From assembly GCA_052279835.1 (NCBI GenBank), contig CP181291.1:3488001-3552000 (forward strand): DNA of 64,000 nt, written 5' to 3'. Below, piece by piece: positions 8,967 to 18,307 of the stretch. The notes under the pieces were generated by a model that searched no databases, was not told where the DNA came from, and was given only the letters and a program-made list of their open reading frames with translations. Made by a program: the position numbers and the translations under genes. Source of the stretch: Microcoleus sp. GTDB taxonomy: Bacteria; Cyanobacteriota; Cyanobacteriia; Cyanobacteriales; Microcoleaceae. Positions within the stretch are counted from its first letter, which is position 1. Every line of letters starts with the position of its first letter.

Positions 8967-9857
8967 TTATGTATTAGTGATAAATTTTAAAATGTGTTGG
9001 GCGGTAATCTGCGGTTTTTCTAAGTGGGGAACGTGTCCGCAATCGGGTATCCAAATTAGTTCAGAATTGGCGATCGCCTTGGCAAACTTTTCTGCATCCG
9101 CCGTCCCCAAAATTCGGTCTTGTTTTCCCCACAAAATCAGGGTTTGCTGCTGAATCTGCGACAATTTTTCCCCAAAACCACAGTAACCACCGCTTTTGGT
9201 AAAAGCAATTAAAGCTTGATTCCAATTGGGCATCTCTAGGTGTAGCGCGGCGCAAGTTTGAGCATCGACAGAAGCGAAGGTTTTATCAAAATAAGCATTA
9301 AGGCTAATATTTTGGCGAATTTTAGGGTTGCGTAAAAATGAAGTTGCCAAATATCCTAAAGGCGGAATTAAAAATTTGCCATTATTAGAAGTGATGGCAA
9401 AACCTGCACTGTCTATTAAGATTAATTTTTTGACAAGTTGAGGATGATTGAGCGTGAAATCAATTGCTGCTGCACCTCCCATGGATGCACCAATTAAGAT
9501 AACTGGCTGCGAAATTAGGGTTTTCCAAAAATAGTAGAGATGAGTACCGATCGCCTTTGCACTAAAAGGCAAACCAGTCAATCTTTCCGTAAAGCCAAAA
9601 CCTAGCAAATCCACCGCCCAAGTTTCATTTTTTTCGGCCAGCAGCGGCAACAGACGGCGGTATTCAAACACCGAACTGTCGAAGCCGTGAATTAGCAAAA
9701 TCGGTGTGTTTCCAGTACCTTGCTTGACGTAGGTGGTGGCAATGGGCTGCGGGCTGAGGGGGGTTGTAATGACTGTTTGTTGAATGTTTTGGGCTAAAGC
9801 TATGGATGTGGATTCTGTTAGCTTGGCGATAGATGTTGGCAGGAAATTTGCTGGCAT
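8967..9857 (-). CDS. alpha/beta fold hydrolase
   Basis: LIHGF, GASMGG, WGKQD, GHVPHLE. Confidence 0.9.
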   Translation of the reverse strand: MPANFLPTSIAKLTESTSIALAQNIQQTVITTPLSPQPIATTYVKQGTGNTPILLIHGFDSSVFEYRRLLPLLAEKNETWAVDLLGFGFTERLTGLPFSAKAIGTHLYYFWKTLISQPVILIGASMGGAAAIDFTLNHPQLVKKLILIDSAGFAITSNNGKFLIPPLGYLATSFLRNPKIRQNISLNAYFDKTFASVDAQTCAALHLEMPNWNQALIAFTKSGGYCGFGEKLSQIQQQTLILWGKQDRILGTADAEKFAKAIANSELIWIPDCGHVPHLEKPQITAQHILKFITNT

Positions 9858-10026
9858 AATTCTCGATCGATTGTTAATCTGTACGGGGGAGCGGGTTAAG
9901 TATATATGCTCGATCGCTATTGTAGGGCGATCGGCGATCGGGCCATGAAAATTCGATCGCCATGGAGAATTATTTTTCCCAGCATACTAACAATAATGGC
10001 TGAGGACGCTTGTTTAAGTGAATTTA

Positions 10027-10045
10027 TTTGAGAACAATTGCTAAT
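10027..10045. promoter_or_regulatory. candidate Fur box
   Basis: TTTGAGAACAATTGCTAAT upstream of feo. Confidence 0.45.
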
Positions 10046-10251
10046 AAACTATTTTTCATATAACATGATAAACAGCAGGAATTGTCGCATACACAGGATT
10101 TTACCGCAGAGCAGCATCTAACCCAAGACAGATTTAAGCTCTCTTGGCCCCAAAAATCAGCCTAATTTCCGTCTCTGGGCGATTCCAGTGTCCGAAATCT
10201 CTAACTGCAAGGGAAATCTCAAAATGCGTAAAATTGCGATGCTTCAAGTAT

Positions 10252-10270
10252 ATTGAGAATATATGTCAAG
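10252..10270. promoter_or_regulatory. second candidate Fur box
   Basis: ATTGAGAATATATGTCAAG. Confidence 0.4.
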
Positions 10271-10325
10271 TTCTTAGTGCCATGAAGCCCAACAACTTGC
10301 TGCTAAAACCGATATCACCAAGGCC

Positions 10326-10701
10326 ATGAAACAAAACACAGAAGACTACACCGAACAATACCAAGAGTCAAACCCCAGACATTTCGAGGGTTTCACCTTT
10401 TACGGCGAGACACCAGAAGTCTCTGGAAGCGAAGACAGCCGCCAAGAAACTCAGCCTGGGGTATCCGAAGGTAAATCATTCCCCCTAGCAATGGCTAGCG
10501 TCGGCGAGAAACTGCGGATTGTCAAACTTAAGGGTTCAGAAGGCACGGTGCGCCGCCTGATTGGCATGGGATTGGTCCCCGCTATGGAAGTTCATATCGT
10601 CAGCAATTCTGGTGGTTTCTGTGATTGTGGCAATTGGTGACAACCGCATCGGTTTGGGGGCTGGTATGGCACAGAAAATTATGTGTAGGAATTCTGCATA
10701 G
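10326..10701 (+). pseudogene. feoA: FeoA protein with +1 frameshift (or sequencing error)
   Basis: RRLIGMGLVP in the first frame; removing one T at 10616-10618 restores SVIVAIGDNRIGLGAGMAQKIMC. Confidence 0.8.
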
Positions 10702-10719
10702 CTCTAAAAAAATTGTATC

Positions 10720-10832
10720 TACAGCAATCCTATTTGATTTGTGACTAATATTTTTTTTATTAACCGCAGAGGGCGCAGAGGGCGCAGAGGAAGAGTAAAG
10801 AGAGTTGTTCGCACATTTTGAAAGGGTTGCTA
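10720..10832. mobile_element. degenerate MITE-like insertion inside the feo operon
   Basis: Imperfect ends CAGCAATCCT.../...AGGGTTGCTA; internal (GCAGAGGGC)n. Confidence 0.5.
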
Positions 10833-10880
10833 GATTCAGGAGTTTAATTTGTTCACATTTAGACTGTATTACAACAATTG

Positions 10881-11123
10881 ATGAACGATAAAAAACAATT
10901 AGGGGATTTAGCTGTTGGTGCCATCGGCCGCGTCGTTGGTTATGAGAAAACAGCCCGGGGTTATAAGGGCAAATTGTTGGCAATGGGGCTGACACCGGGA
11001 ACTGAATTTACTATCACTAGGCACGCACCTTTAGGAGACCCTGTAGAAATTTTGGTGCGGGGTTTTAAACTCAGTTTGCGCAAAGATGAAGCTAAAAGTC
11101 TATTTGTAGAAGAAGTGAAATAA
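10881..11123 (+). CDS. feoA: ferrous iron transport protein A
   Basis: LLAMGLTPG, APLGDPV, LSLRKDEA. Confidence 0.93.
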   Translation: MNDKKQLGDLAVGAIGRVVGYEKTARGYKGKLLAMGLTPGTEFTITRHAPLGDPVEILVRGFKLSLRKDEAKSLFVEEVK

Positions 11124-13462
11124 TGAGCAAGCAAATTATTGGATTGGTAGGCAATCCTAACTGTGGCAAAACTACTTTGTTTAATGCCTTGACTGGTGCT
11201 AACCAGCGAGTAGGGAATTGGCCTGGAGTAACAGTGGAACGGAAAGAGGGAAAATATACTCATGATGGTTTAGCTATTACTATTGTTGACTTGCCGGGAG
11301 TTTATTCTCTGGATGCCGAAGATGGGGATACCGGACTCGATGAATTGGTGGCGCGAGATTATTTGCTATCTGGTGAAGCGGACGTCATTATTAATATTGT
11401 TGATGCTTCTAACTTAGAGCGAAATTTGTATCTGACTACCCAAATTTTGGAGATGCGCGTACCGACAATTTTGGCGCTGAATATGATGGATGTTGCCAAG
11501 GAACGGGATGTCAGAATTAATGTTAGCAAACTTGCTGAACGTCTTGGCTGTACGGTTGTGCCGATGAGTGCTTCTTCCAATCAGGGTGTTCCTTTATTGC
11601 GGGATGCGATTAATCGGGCCCTGGCTAAGTCGATCGTCCCATCTGCCTATGTCGCTTATCCGGCTGCGATCGAAGATGCGATCGCCCAACTCATACCACA
11701 CATCGAAAAATACAGTCCCCATCGCACTGTAGATGCCCGCTGGACAGCCCTGAAACTGTTAGAATACCAGGATGAAGTCGCCCCGGAACTCGCCCATACA
11801 GAACTCGAAAAAATCGTAGTTCCGCACCGTCGCAGAGTCCATGAAACCCTAGATGATGACCTCGATATTATCATCGCCGACAGCCGCTACACCTTCATCC
11901 GCAACTTAACCCAAGGTGTCGCTGAATGTTCTAGAGAAGTCAAAACCAGCGTTTCCGACAAAATAGACCAAATTGTTCTCAACCGTTTCCTAGGAATTCC
12001 CGTATTCTTAGCGGTAATGTACCTGATGTTTACGATTTCGATTAATGTCGGTGGCGTGTTTATCGACTTTTTTGATATCTTTTTTGGCACAATTTTTGTC
12101 GATGGTTTCGGTGAATTATTAGCCAGCATTAGTACGCCCGGATGGTTAATTGGGCTCCTAGCAAAAGGTGCGGGCGGTGGTGTTCAAACCACATCTACAT
12201 TTATCCCTCAAATTGGGATGATGTTTTTGTGTTTGTCAGTTTTAGAAGACTCCGGCTACATGGCGCGGGCGGCTTTTGTGATGGACAGATTAATGCGATT
12301 TGTGGGACTTCCCGGTAAATCCTTTGTACCGATGATGGTAGGTTTCGGCTGCAACATCCCCGGAATTATGGCGACGCGGACTTTGGAAAATAAGCGCGAT
12401 CGCACAATGACAATTATGATGAATCCATTCATGTCTTGCAGCGCCCGATTAGCAGTTTACGCCCTATTTTGTGGCGCATTCTTCCAAGTCGGCGGTCAAA
12501 ATATGGTATTGGGACTTTACCTAATCGGAATTTTAGCAGCAGTTTTCACCGGACTCATTTTAAAAAATACCCTTTTGCAAGGAGAAGCAGCGCCCTTTGT
12601 GATGGAACTGCCACCCTATCACATTCCCAAACTCAAAGGAGTGCTACTGCGTACTTGGGATAGACTCAAAGCGTTTATCAGAAAAGCCGGAATTGCGATC
12701 GTGATCATGGTAATTATACTAGGATTTATGAGTTCAGTCGGCACCGATGGTTCCTTCGGCAAAGACAACACCAAAGACTCAATTCTTAGCGCAGTTGGCC
12801 GCGCCGCAACACCTGTATTTACACCAATGGGAATCAGCCAGGAAAACTGGCCCGCCACCGTCGGTTTACTAACAGGAGTATTTGCCAAAGAAGTAATGGT
12901 TGGAACCTTAGATTCCCTATACACGGAACTAGCAGACGAACAAAAAGCCATAAGTGGAGAACCGGAGAAAGAAGAAGAATTTAGCTTCTGGGGAAACATT
13001 GGTAAAGCATTTGTCAGCATTCCAGATAATCTAGCAAAACTCCCCGGTCAACTTTTCGATCCCCTCGGCTTGAGTTCAGCCAATATAACAGATAAAAAAC
13101 AAGCAGAAGAAGCCCAAGGTATCTCTGGTAGCACCTACGGACAAATGTCCCAGCGGTTCGGTTCTAATACCGCAGCTTTTGCCTATTTGCTATTTGTATT
13201 ACTGTACTTTCCCTGCGTCTCCGCCACAGCCGCACTTTACCGCGAAACTAACTTAGGCTGGACAATATTCGCGGGTTCTTGGACTACTGGTATCGCCTAT
13301 TTCACAGCAGTTGGATACTATCAAATCGCCACATTTTCGCAGCATCCACAATCATCTATTGCTTGGATTGTCGGACTAATAATAGCTATGGGTGTGACTC
13401 TTCTGGGATTAAAACTGGCTGGTGGAAAACGAGCAAAGCGGCGCGAAGTAATCAGTAGTTAG
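11123..13462 (+). CDS. feoB: ferrous iron transporter FeoB
   Basis: GNPNCGKT, GNWPGVTVE, DLPG, LEDSGYMAR, membrane domain. Confidence 0.97.
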   Translation: MSKQIIGLVGNPNCGKTTLFNALTGANQRVGNWPGVTVERKEGKYTHDGLAITIVDLPGVYSLDAEDGDTGLDELVARDYLLSGEADVIINIVDASNLERNLYLTTQILEMRVPTILALNMMDVAKERDVRINVSKLAERLGCTVVPMSASSNQGVPLLRDAINRALAKSIVPSAYVAYPAAIEDAIAQLIPHIEKYSPHRTVDARWTALKLLEYQDEVAPELAHTELEKIVVPHRRRVHETLDDDLDIIIADSRYTFIRNLTQGVAECSREVKTSVSDKIDQIVLNRFLGIPVFLAVMYLMFTISINVGGVFIDFFDIFFGTIFVDGFGELLASISTPGWLIGLLAKGAGGGVQTTSTFIPQIGMMFLCLSVLEDSGYMARAAFVMDRLMRFVGLPGKSFVPMMVGFGCNIPGIMATRTLENKRDRTMTIMMNPFMSCSARLAVYALFCGAFFQVGGQNMVLGLYLIGILAAVFTGLILKNTLLQGEAAPFVMELPPYHIPKLKGVLLRTWDRLKAFIRKAGIAIVIMVIILGFMSSVGTDGSFGKDNTKDSILSAVGRAATPVFTPMGISQENWPATVGLLTGVFAKEVMVGTLDSLYTELADEQKAISGEPEKEEEFSFWGNIGKAFVSIPDNLAKLPGQLFDPLGLSSANITDKKQAEEAQGISGSTYGQMSQRFGSNTAAFAYLLFVLLYFPCVSATAALYRETNLGWTIFAGSWTTGIAYFTAVGYYQIATFSQHPQSSIAWIVGLIIAMGVTLLGLKLAGGKRAKRREVISS

Positions 13463-13548
13463 TTAACAGTTATAGCAACCGCCAAGGTGGTTAGGATACT
13501 TCCGGTCACTGAGCGTAGTCGAAGTGGCGACTGCTATAACTGTTGACT
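13461..13548. repeat. inverted-repeat element
   Basis: AGTTAACAGTTATAGCAACCGCCA ... TGGCGACTGCTATAACTGTTGACT. Confidence 0.6.
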
Positions 13549-13586
13549 GTTAACTGCGTTTAAGAATCAAACAAAGGAGAAAAGCC

Positions 13587-13853
13587 ATGATTTTAAGCGA
13601 CATCCAAAAATTTATTGCTGACAACAAAAGAGCCTCTATCGCGGATCTCAAAATCCACTTCCGCATGGATGGTGATGCTTTGCGCGGAATGCTAAATCGC
13701 CTAATTCGTAAAGGCCGAATTAGCAAAATGGCAGAAGCCAAAAAGTGTGGCGGATGCGGCAGTTGTGCCGACGATGCCACCGAGATTTATGTATGGGTAA
13801 ATCCAGGTGAATTGGTTTCAGAAAAAGAGCCAGTTTCTGCAACTTGCCATTAA
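13587..13853 (+). CDS. feoC: FeoC-like winged-helix protein
   Basis: ALRGML.RLIRKGRI, CGGCGSC, EIYVW; follows feoB. Confidence 0.85.
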   Translation: MILSDIQKFIADNKRASIADLKIHFRMDGDALRGMLNRLIRKGRISKMAEAKKCGGCGSCADDATEIYVWVNPGELVSEKEPVSATCH

Positions 13854-13877
13854 GAAATTAGGAGACTGCACGGTGCC

Positions 13878-14092
13878 CATAAGTGTCAACTTAACGTAGA
13901 ACCCATAGTCCGACAAGGGTTAAAACCCCTGCCTCAAAGCTAAAGTCCTCTAAAGAGGACTGAAGAGGAGAATTTTCAACTCATTAGTCCTCTTTAGAGG
14001 ACTTTAGCTATTAGACAGGGAATTCATTCCCTGGCGGACTGGCGGGCGAGCAAGAGGATTGGCAGGCTTTCAGGCCTAGGTTGACACCAATG
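13878..14092. mobile_element. MITE with CAT.(A/G)GTGTCAAC termini
   Basis: CATAAGTGTCAAC ... GTTGACACCAATG; internal long palindrome AGCTAAAGTCCTCTAAAGAGGACT. Confidence 0.75.
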
Positions 14093-14153
14093 GGCTTGGC
14101 CTTTGTCCCTACAATTAATCACGGTTAACTAATAACTAACCACTAATGACTAA

Positions 14154-14999
14154 CTAATTCTTCATCCCCACCCCAACATACATAATCGAAGTATCCTCAT
14201 TAATTTGGATTTTAAACAACCCAGACTTTTTGTAATCAACATAATTACCGAAATTAGACATTAATGTTTGAGATGCTTGTTTCATGACACCCGAATCTGG
14301 AAATAGCTGCTTTCCGCTCATCAAATTTCCCCAAAAACCATTCATCTGAGCTAAAAGAGCGCCGATTTCGCCAAACATATCAAAACCTTTAATTTCGATT
14401 TTGCCAAAACCAGTATTACCCATCACCACAGACAGTTCTTCCGGCGTAATAAACTTGTCCCAATCGTGAACGCCCTTCCTAATTTCCTGCAAGATATTTT
14501 CCATCAGCCCAATCATCACAACTTGCGAGGAAAAAGTTCGATTAATTGTATCAAAAAAGAACAATCCTCCAGGTTTCAGAATTCGGTGAACCTCAGACAC
14601 AACTTGTTTGTAATCGGCAACGTGTTCTAGAACATCAACACAAATTACCACATCAAAGGTATTGTCATCGTAGGGCATATTTTCGGCAAAACCTTGTCTG
14701 TAGTCAATCTCGAAACCGCTAATCACTGCATGATTTTTGGCTGCTTGAACGCATTTCTCAGATTGGTCGATTCCCGAAACGATAGCGCCTCTCTCTGCCA
14801 TAAACTCGCAGGAGAAACCGCCACCACAACCAACATCTAAGGTTTTCAATCCCTGCCAATTTGTCGCGTGTCTGTCGAAAAACTCAAATCTGGGTTTGTT
14901 GAGATGGTAAAGAGCGTAGATTTTAGATTTTTCGTCCCACCAATTATCGGCGTTTTCATCATAAAATTCTAAATCATTTTTGACTTCAGTTTTTACCAC
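14154..14999 (-). CDS. UbiG-like SAM-dependent O-methyltransferase
   Basis: WWDE, LNKPR, LDVGCGGG, DVLEHV, TINRT, HDWDKFI. Confidence 0.85.
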   Translation of the reverse strand: MVKTEVKNDLEFYDENADNWWDEKSKIYALYHLNKPRFEFFDRHATNWQGLKTLDVGCGGGFSCEFMAERGAIVSGIDQSEKCVQAAKNHAVISGFEIDYRQGFAENMPYDDNTFDVVICVDVLEHVADYKQVVSEVHRILKPGGLFFFDTINRTFSSQVVMIGLMENILQEIRKGVHDWDKFITPEELSVVMGNTGFGKIEIKGFDMFGEIGALLAQMNGFWGNLMSGKQLFPDSGVMKQASQTLMSNFGNYVDYKKSGLFKIQINEDTSIMYVGVGMKN

Positions 15000-15060
15000 T
15001 GTCTATTTCCTACTTAGAATAGTTTACATCGCCACAATTTATGATTATAATACTTTTCCC

Positions 15061-15807
15061 ATGAATTTCAACCCGATGAATCGCGTTTCTATTATTATCC
15101 CCACTCTGAATGAAGCGACTTGTCTGGAACGTACCCTGCGTCAACTCAGCATTCTCAATCCTGCTGCTTGGGAGGTGTTGGTGGTAGATGGTGGTAGTCA
15201 AGATGAAACAGTGGCGATCGCCCTTTCCTGCCAAACCCAGGTTATTTATAGTAATATACCCGGACGTTCCGTACAAATGAACCTAGGTGCGCAAACCGCC
15301 ACGGGGGACATTCTGTGCTTTCTCCACGCTGATACTTTAGTACCAGATGACATCGTAGCCGTCATCCAGAAAACCCTGTTTGACAGTCAAATAGTCGCTG
15401 GCGGATTTATCTCTCTGATGTCGGGTTCCCAACAAACAAGATGGGGTTTTTCGCTACATAATTACCTGAAAACTTACTATGCCCCGTTATTATTTCGTCC
15501 TCATTTATTTATCAAAGGATTGCGGTTAATCTTTGGGGATCAAGTGATTTTTTGCCGTCGTACAGATTTTTTAGAATGCGATGGTTTTGATGCAAAACTA
15601 CCAATTATGGAGGAAGCAGATTTGTGTTTAAAATTAGTCAGACTAGGTAAAATTAAGTTAGTCAATAGGATAGTCGAAAGTAGCGATCGCCGAGTTGCCT
15701 CTTGGGGGGAATTTAAAGCAATTTTTATCTATCTTGCGATTGGTTTTTTGTGGGGTTTTGGAGTTTCTGGGAAGTATTTAAAACAATTTTATGAAGAGGT
15801 TCGCTAA
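15061..15807 (+). CDS. GT2 glycosyltransferase, TIGR04283-like
   Basis: SIIIPTLNEA, VDGGSQD, GRSVQMN, FLHAD, FGDQ, PIMEE. Confidence 0.85.
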   Translation: MNFNPMNRVSIIIPTLNEATCLERTLRQLSILNPAAWEVLVVDGGSQDETVAIALSCQTQVIYSNIPGRSVQMNLGAQTATGDILCFLHADTLVPDDIVAVIQKTLFDSQIVAGGFISLMSGSQQTRWGFSLHNYLKTYYAPLLFRPHLFIKGLRLIFGDQVIFCRRTDFLECDGFDAKLPIMEEADLCLKLVRLGKIKLVNRIVESSDRRVASWGEFKAIFIYLAIGFLWGFGVSGKYLKQFYEEVR

Positions 15808-15889
15808 CCAACAAACTGCCCTTACTCATCATCAAGAACAGGCAGGAAAGCCTGTTCCACCAAGAATTACATTCATTGGGATTATAAAT

Positions 15890-16555
15890 TCAAGAGCCAG
15901 AAACATTATCCAACTGCTGGCGGCCATTGCGAACCACACGCAGCGCATCGCTGAGCTTACGCTCAATATCGTCGAGAACTTGATCCGCGTAGTCGTCTGC
16001 CCCGTTTTGAATTTCCTCGCATTCAGCCATCACCCTCGCTCTCATTTCTGCCAATTCTTCTTGAGCTTGATAGCGAATTTGTTCAACTTCCGCCAGCGTT
16101 GCTTGCTGAATTGCTTCACAGTCAAGCAATACCTGTTGTCGCAACTGATCCGCTTCCACCTTCGCCTGCTGGATCAGGCCCATATCGTTTAAAAGCTCTG
16201 CCGCTCGCTGTTCTGCCGCTTCTATGACTTCTTGAGCATAGAGTTCGGCCTCTTGCAGCAAGTCATCCTTGTGGCGGATAATCAACTCGGCTTCCTGAAA
16301 GGCGATGGGCAAATTTAGCCTCACCAAATCTAGCTGGTCAAGTAACTGTTCTTCATCCACCAGAGTACGTCTGGTCATGGGGATACGCGGACTGTCGAGA
16401 ACAATTTCCTCAAGCCGATTCAATTCCCGCTGGATGTCTACTCCTGCGGTTCTGCTGTCGTCTCCGAAGGCGGCTGGGTTCTGAGGTGGTTCGTTCTCAG
16501 TGGTGCGTCCGGTGCTGTTGGGTTCGATACGAGTTGGTTCCTGCTGGCGTAACAT
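15890..16555 (-). CDS. DivIVA-like coiled-coil cell division protein (Cdv3-like)
   Basis: [15 protein letters not shown]...ADDYAD; position downstream of coaD. Confidence 0.7.
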   Translation of the reverse strand: MLRQQEPTRIEPNSTGRTTENEPPQNPAAFGDDSRTAGVDIQRELNRLEEIVLDSPRIPMTRRTLVDEEQLLDQLDLVRLNLPIAFQEAELIIRHKDDLLQEAELYAQEVIEAAEQRAAELLNDMGLIQQAKVEADQLRQQVLLDCEAIQQATLAEVEQIRYQAQEELAEMRARVMAECEEIQNGADDYADQVLDDIERKLSDALRVVRNGRQQLDNVSGS

Positions 16556-17016
16556 TGGTAAATATCTAGGGCGACGTGTTTCGGAACAAGATGATCTACG
16601 GAGCCACCAAACTTGGCTATTTCTTTCACTACACTACTACTTAAAAAGCTGTAGGCATTAGAAGTCGCCAAAAAGACTGTTTCAATTTCACCCAACAGGG
16701 TTTTATTGGTGTGGGCCATCTGGAGTTCCATTTCAAAGTCTGTTAATACTCGCAGCCCCCGTAGCAGCACTTTGGCTTGTCGGATTTTAGCATAGTTTAC
16801 TGTCAAACCCTCAAAACTATCTACTTCTACGTTTGGCAAGTGTTGGGTAGAGCGCCGAATCTGTTCTATCCGTTCTTCTACGGTGAATAGAGGGACTTTG
16901 CTGGGATTTCGGACTATGGTCACGATTACTCGATCGAACAGTTTACAGCCTCGCTCGATGATATCTACGTGACCCAAAGTAATCGGGTCAAAGCTGCCTG
17001 GATAAATTGCAATCAC
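16438..17016 (-). CDS. coaD: pantetheine-phosphate adenylyltransferase
   Basis: [24 protein letters not shown]. Confidence 0.96.
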   Translation of the reverse strand: MIAIYPGSFDPITLGHVDIIERGCKLFDRVIVTIVRNPSKVPLFTVEERIEQIRRSTQHLPNVEVDSFEGLTVNYAKIRQAKVLLRGLRVLTDFEMELQMAHTNKTLLGEIETVFLATSNAYSFLSSSVVKEIAKFGGSVDHLVPKHVALDIYQCYASRNQLVSNPTAPDAPLRTNHLRTQPPSETTAEPQE

Positions 17017-17087
17017 AAATTCGGCCCGATGCGGTAATTAACATGACTAAAGGAAAAATACCAGTTTCTCGGAAAACTCTGGACTTG

Positions 17088-17933
17088 TCAAGGAAGCGAA
17101 TGAGCCTTGTAGAAAGTTTCGAGGCTTTGCTTGTCGCCCACAAACCGCCAGTGCCAAGGTTCGTAACTGACTTTTTGGCGATTGTTTTTGGGGAAGGACA
17201 TTTCAAAGCTGAAGGAAGTGGCGTTAGCTTCTAGCCACTTGAATGCTGGGGTATCTTCAAAGCTGGTACTGAGGTTTGCAGAGGGGACACTGCCGTCTCC
17301 TAGGTCGATCGCGTACCCGGTATGATGTTCGCTATATCCTGGAGGAGCGCTAACTTCCGCCCGCTTGCTAACATCTTGCTTGCGTTCGGCTTTCACGTCA
17401 AAAAATACGTGTTGTTGGTCTTCCAGGGAACGAAAGCCGGATATGGGAGCAAAATATATGCCTTGGGCGGCAGCCGCGTTTGCCATTTCTTGATATTTGG
17501 CGGCTGCGGCTTTGCGGAGTTTGATCCCGCCGTCTCCGGTGACGGCTACCAAGTCAGAGGCTGGTGCTTCTTGATAAGGTAAATGTCCTAGTAATTTGTC
17601 CGGTGTGGACGTACTGCTTTTTGAGTTAGCAACGGGACTTGTGGGTGAGGGGGAACTTGCCGATACTGGGTTTGGTTGACTTTGTTCTGCCCTACTGGTG
17701 TCTGGGAAAAATTTAAAGTTGAGGTGCAGCCAAATGCTGACCCCAAAGGCGACTACGCCCAACGCTAGGAGTTTCCAAATCAGCCCTTTTTTTCTGGACT
17801 GACTAGGCTTGACTTCAATATATGGATGGTCTCGTACTGCTTCTGGAATTTCGTCAATCCCAAGCTCTGATGCTTGCGGGGGTTTTCTTGATAGACTCGC
17901 GTTATCCAAGCCAGCTTCGCTCCTGCACTTCAA
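17088..17933 (-). CDS. D-Ala-D-Ala carboxypeptidase (M15B/VanY family); start uncertain
   Basis: [27 protein letters not shown]; one TM segment. Confidence 0.9.
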   Translation of the reverse strand: MKCRSEAGLDNASLSRKPPQASELGIDEIPEAVRDHPYIEVKPSQSRKKGLIWKLLALGVVAFGVSIWLHLNFKFFPDTSRAEQSQPNPVSASSPSPTSPVANSKSSTSTPDKLLGHLPYQEAPASDLVAVTGDGGIKLRKAAAAKYQEMANAAAAQGIYFAPISGFRSLEDQQHVFFDVKAERKQDVSKRAEVSAPPGYSEHHTGYAIDLGDGSVPSANLSTSFEDTPAFKWLEANATSFSFEMSFPKNNRQKVSYEPWHWRFVGDKQSLETFYKAHSLP

Positions 17934-17977
17934 TAAGGCTCAACGTTACAAATTGTAGACTGATATTGCCCAAAGTC

Positions 17978-18038
17978 ATTGGGAATTGGGAATTGGGAAT
18001 TGGGAATTGGGAATTGGGAATTGGGAATTGGGAATTGG
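17978..18038. repeat. STRR heptamer array (ATTGGGA)n
   Basis: About 8 tandem copies. Confidence 0.9.
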
Positions 18039-18112
18039 TTATTTGCAAGCAATGCCCCATGCCCCATGCCCTTCCCCCCCTCGGAGGGGTCAGGGGGGGG
18101 TTCCCCATGCCC

Positions 18113-18283
18113 CATTGGTGTCAACAATCGCCTGAAACCCTTGGTATCTCTCGTTCATAGCCAAGTCTAGATCCCCCTAAACCCCCACCCCCCCCCTGCC
18201 CCCCCAAGGGGGGATGGGGGGATCTGGCCTTAATAGTCAAACAGCAGTCTGTGACAGGGTTTGACGTTAAGTTGACACTAATG
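18113..18283. mobile_element. MITE, same termini family as 13878-14092
   Basis: CATTGGTGTCAAC ... GTTGACACTAATG flanked by CCCATGCCC on both sides. Confidence 0.75.
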
Positions 18284-18307
18284 CCCATGCCCATGCCCGT
18301 ATAAGAT

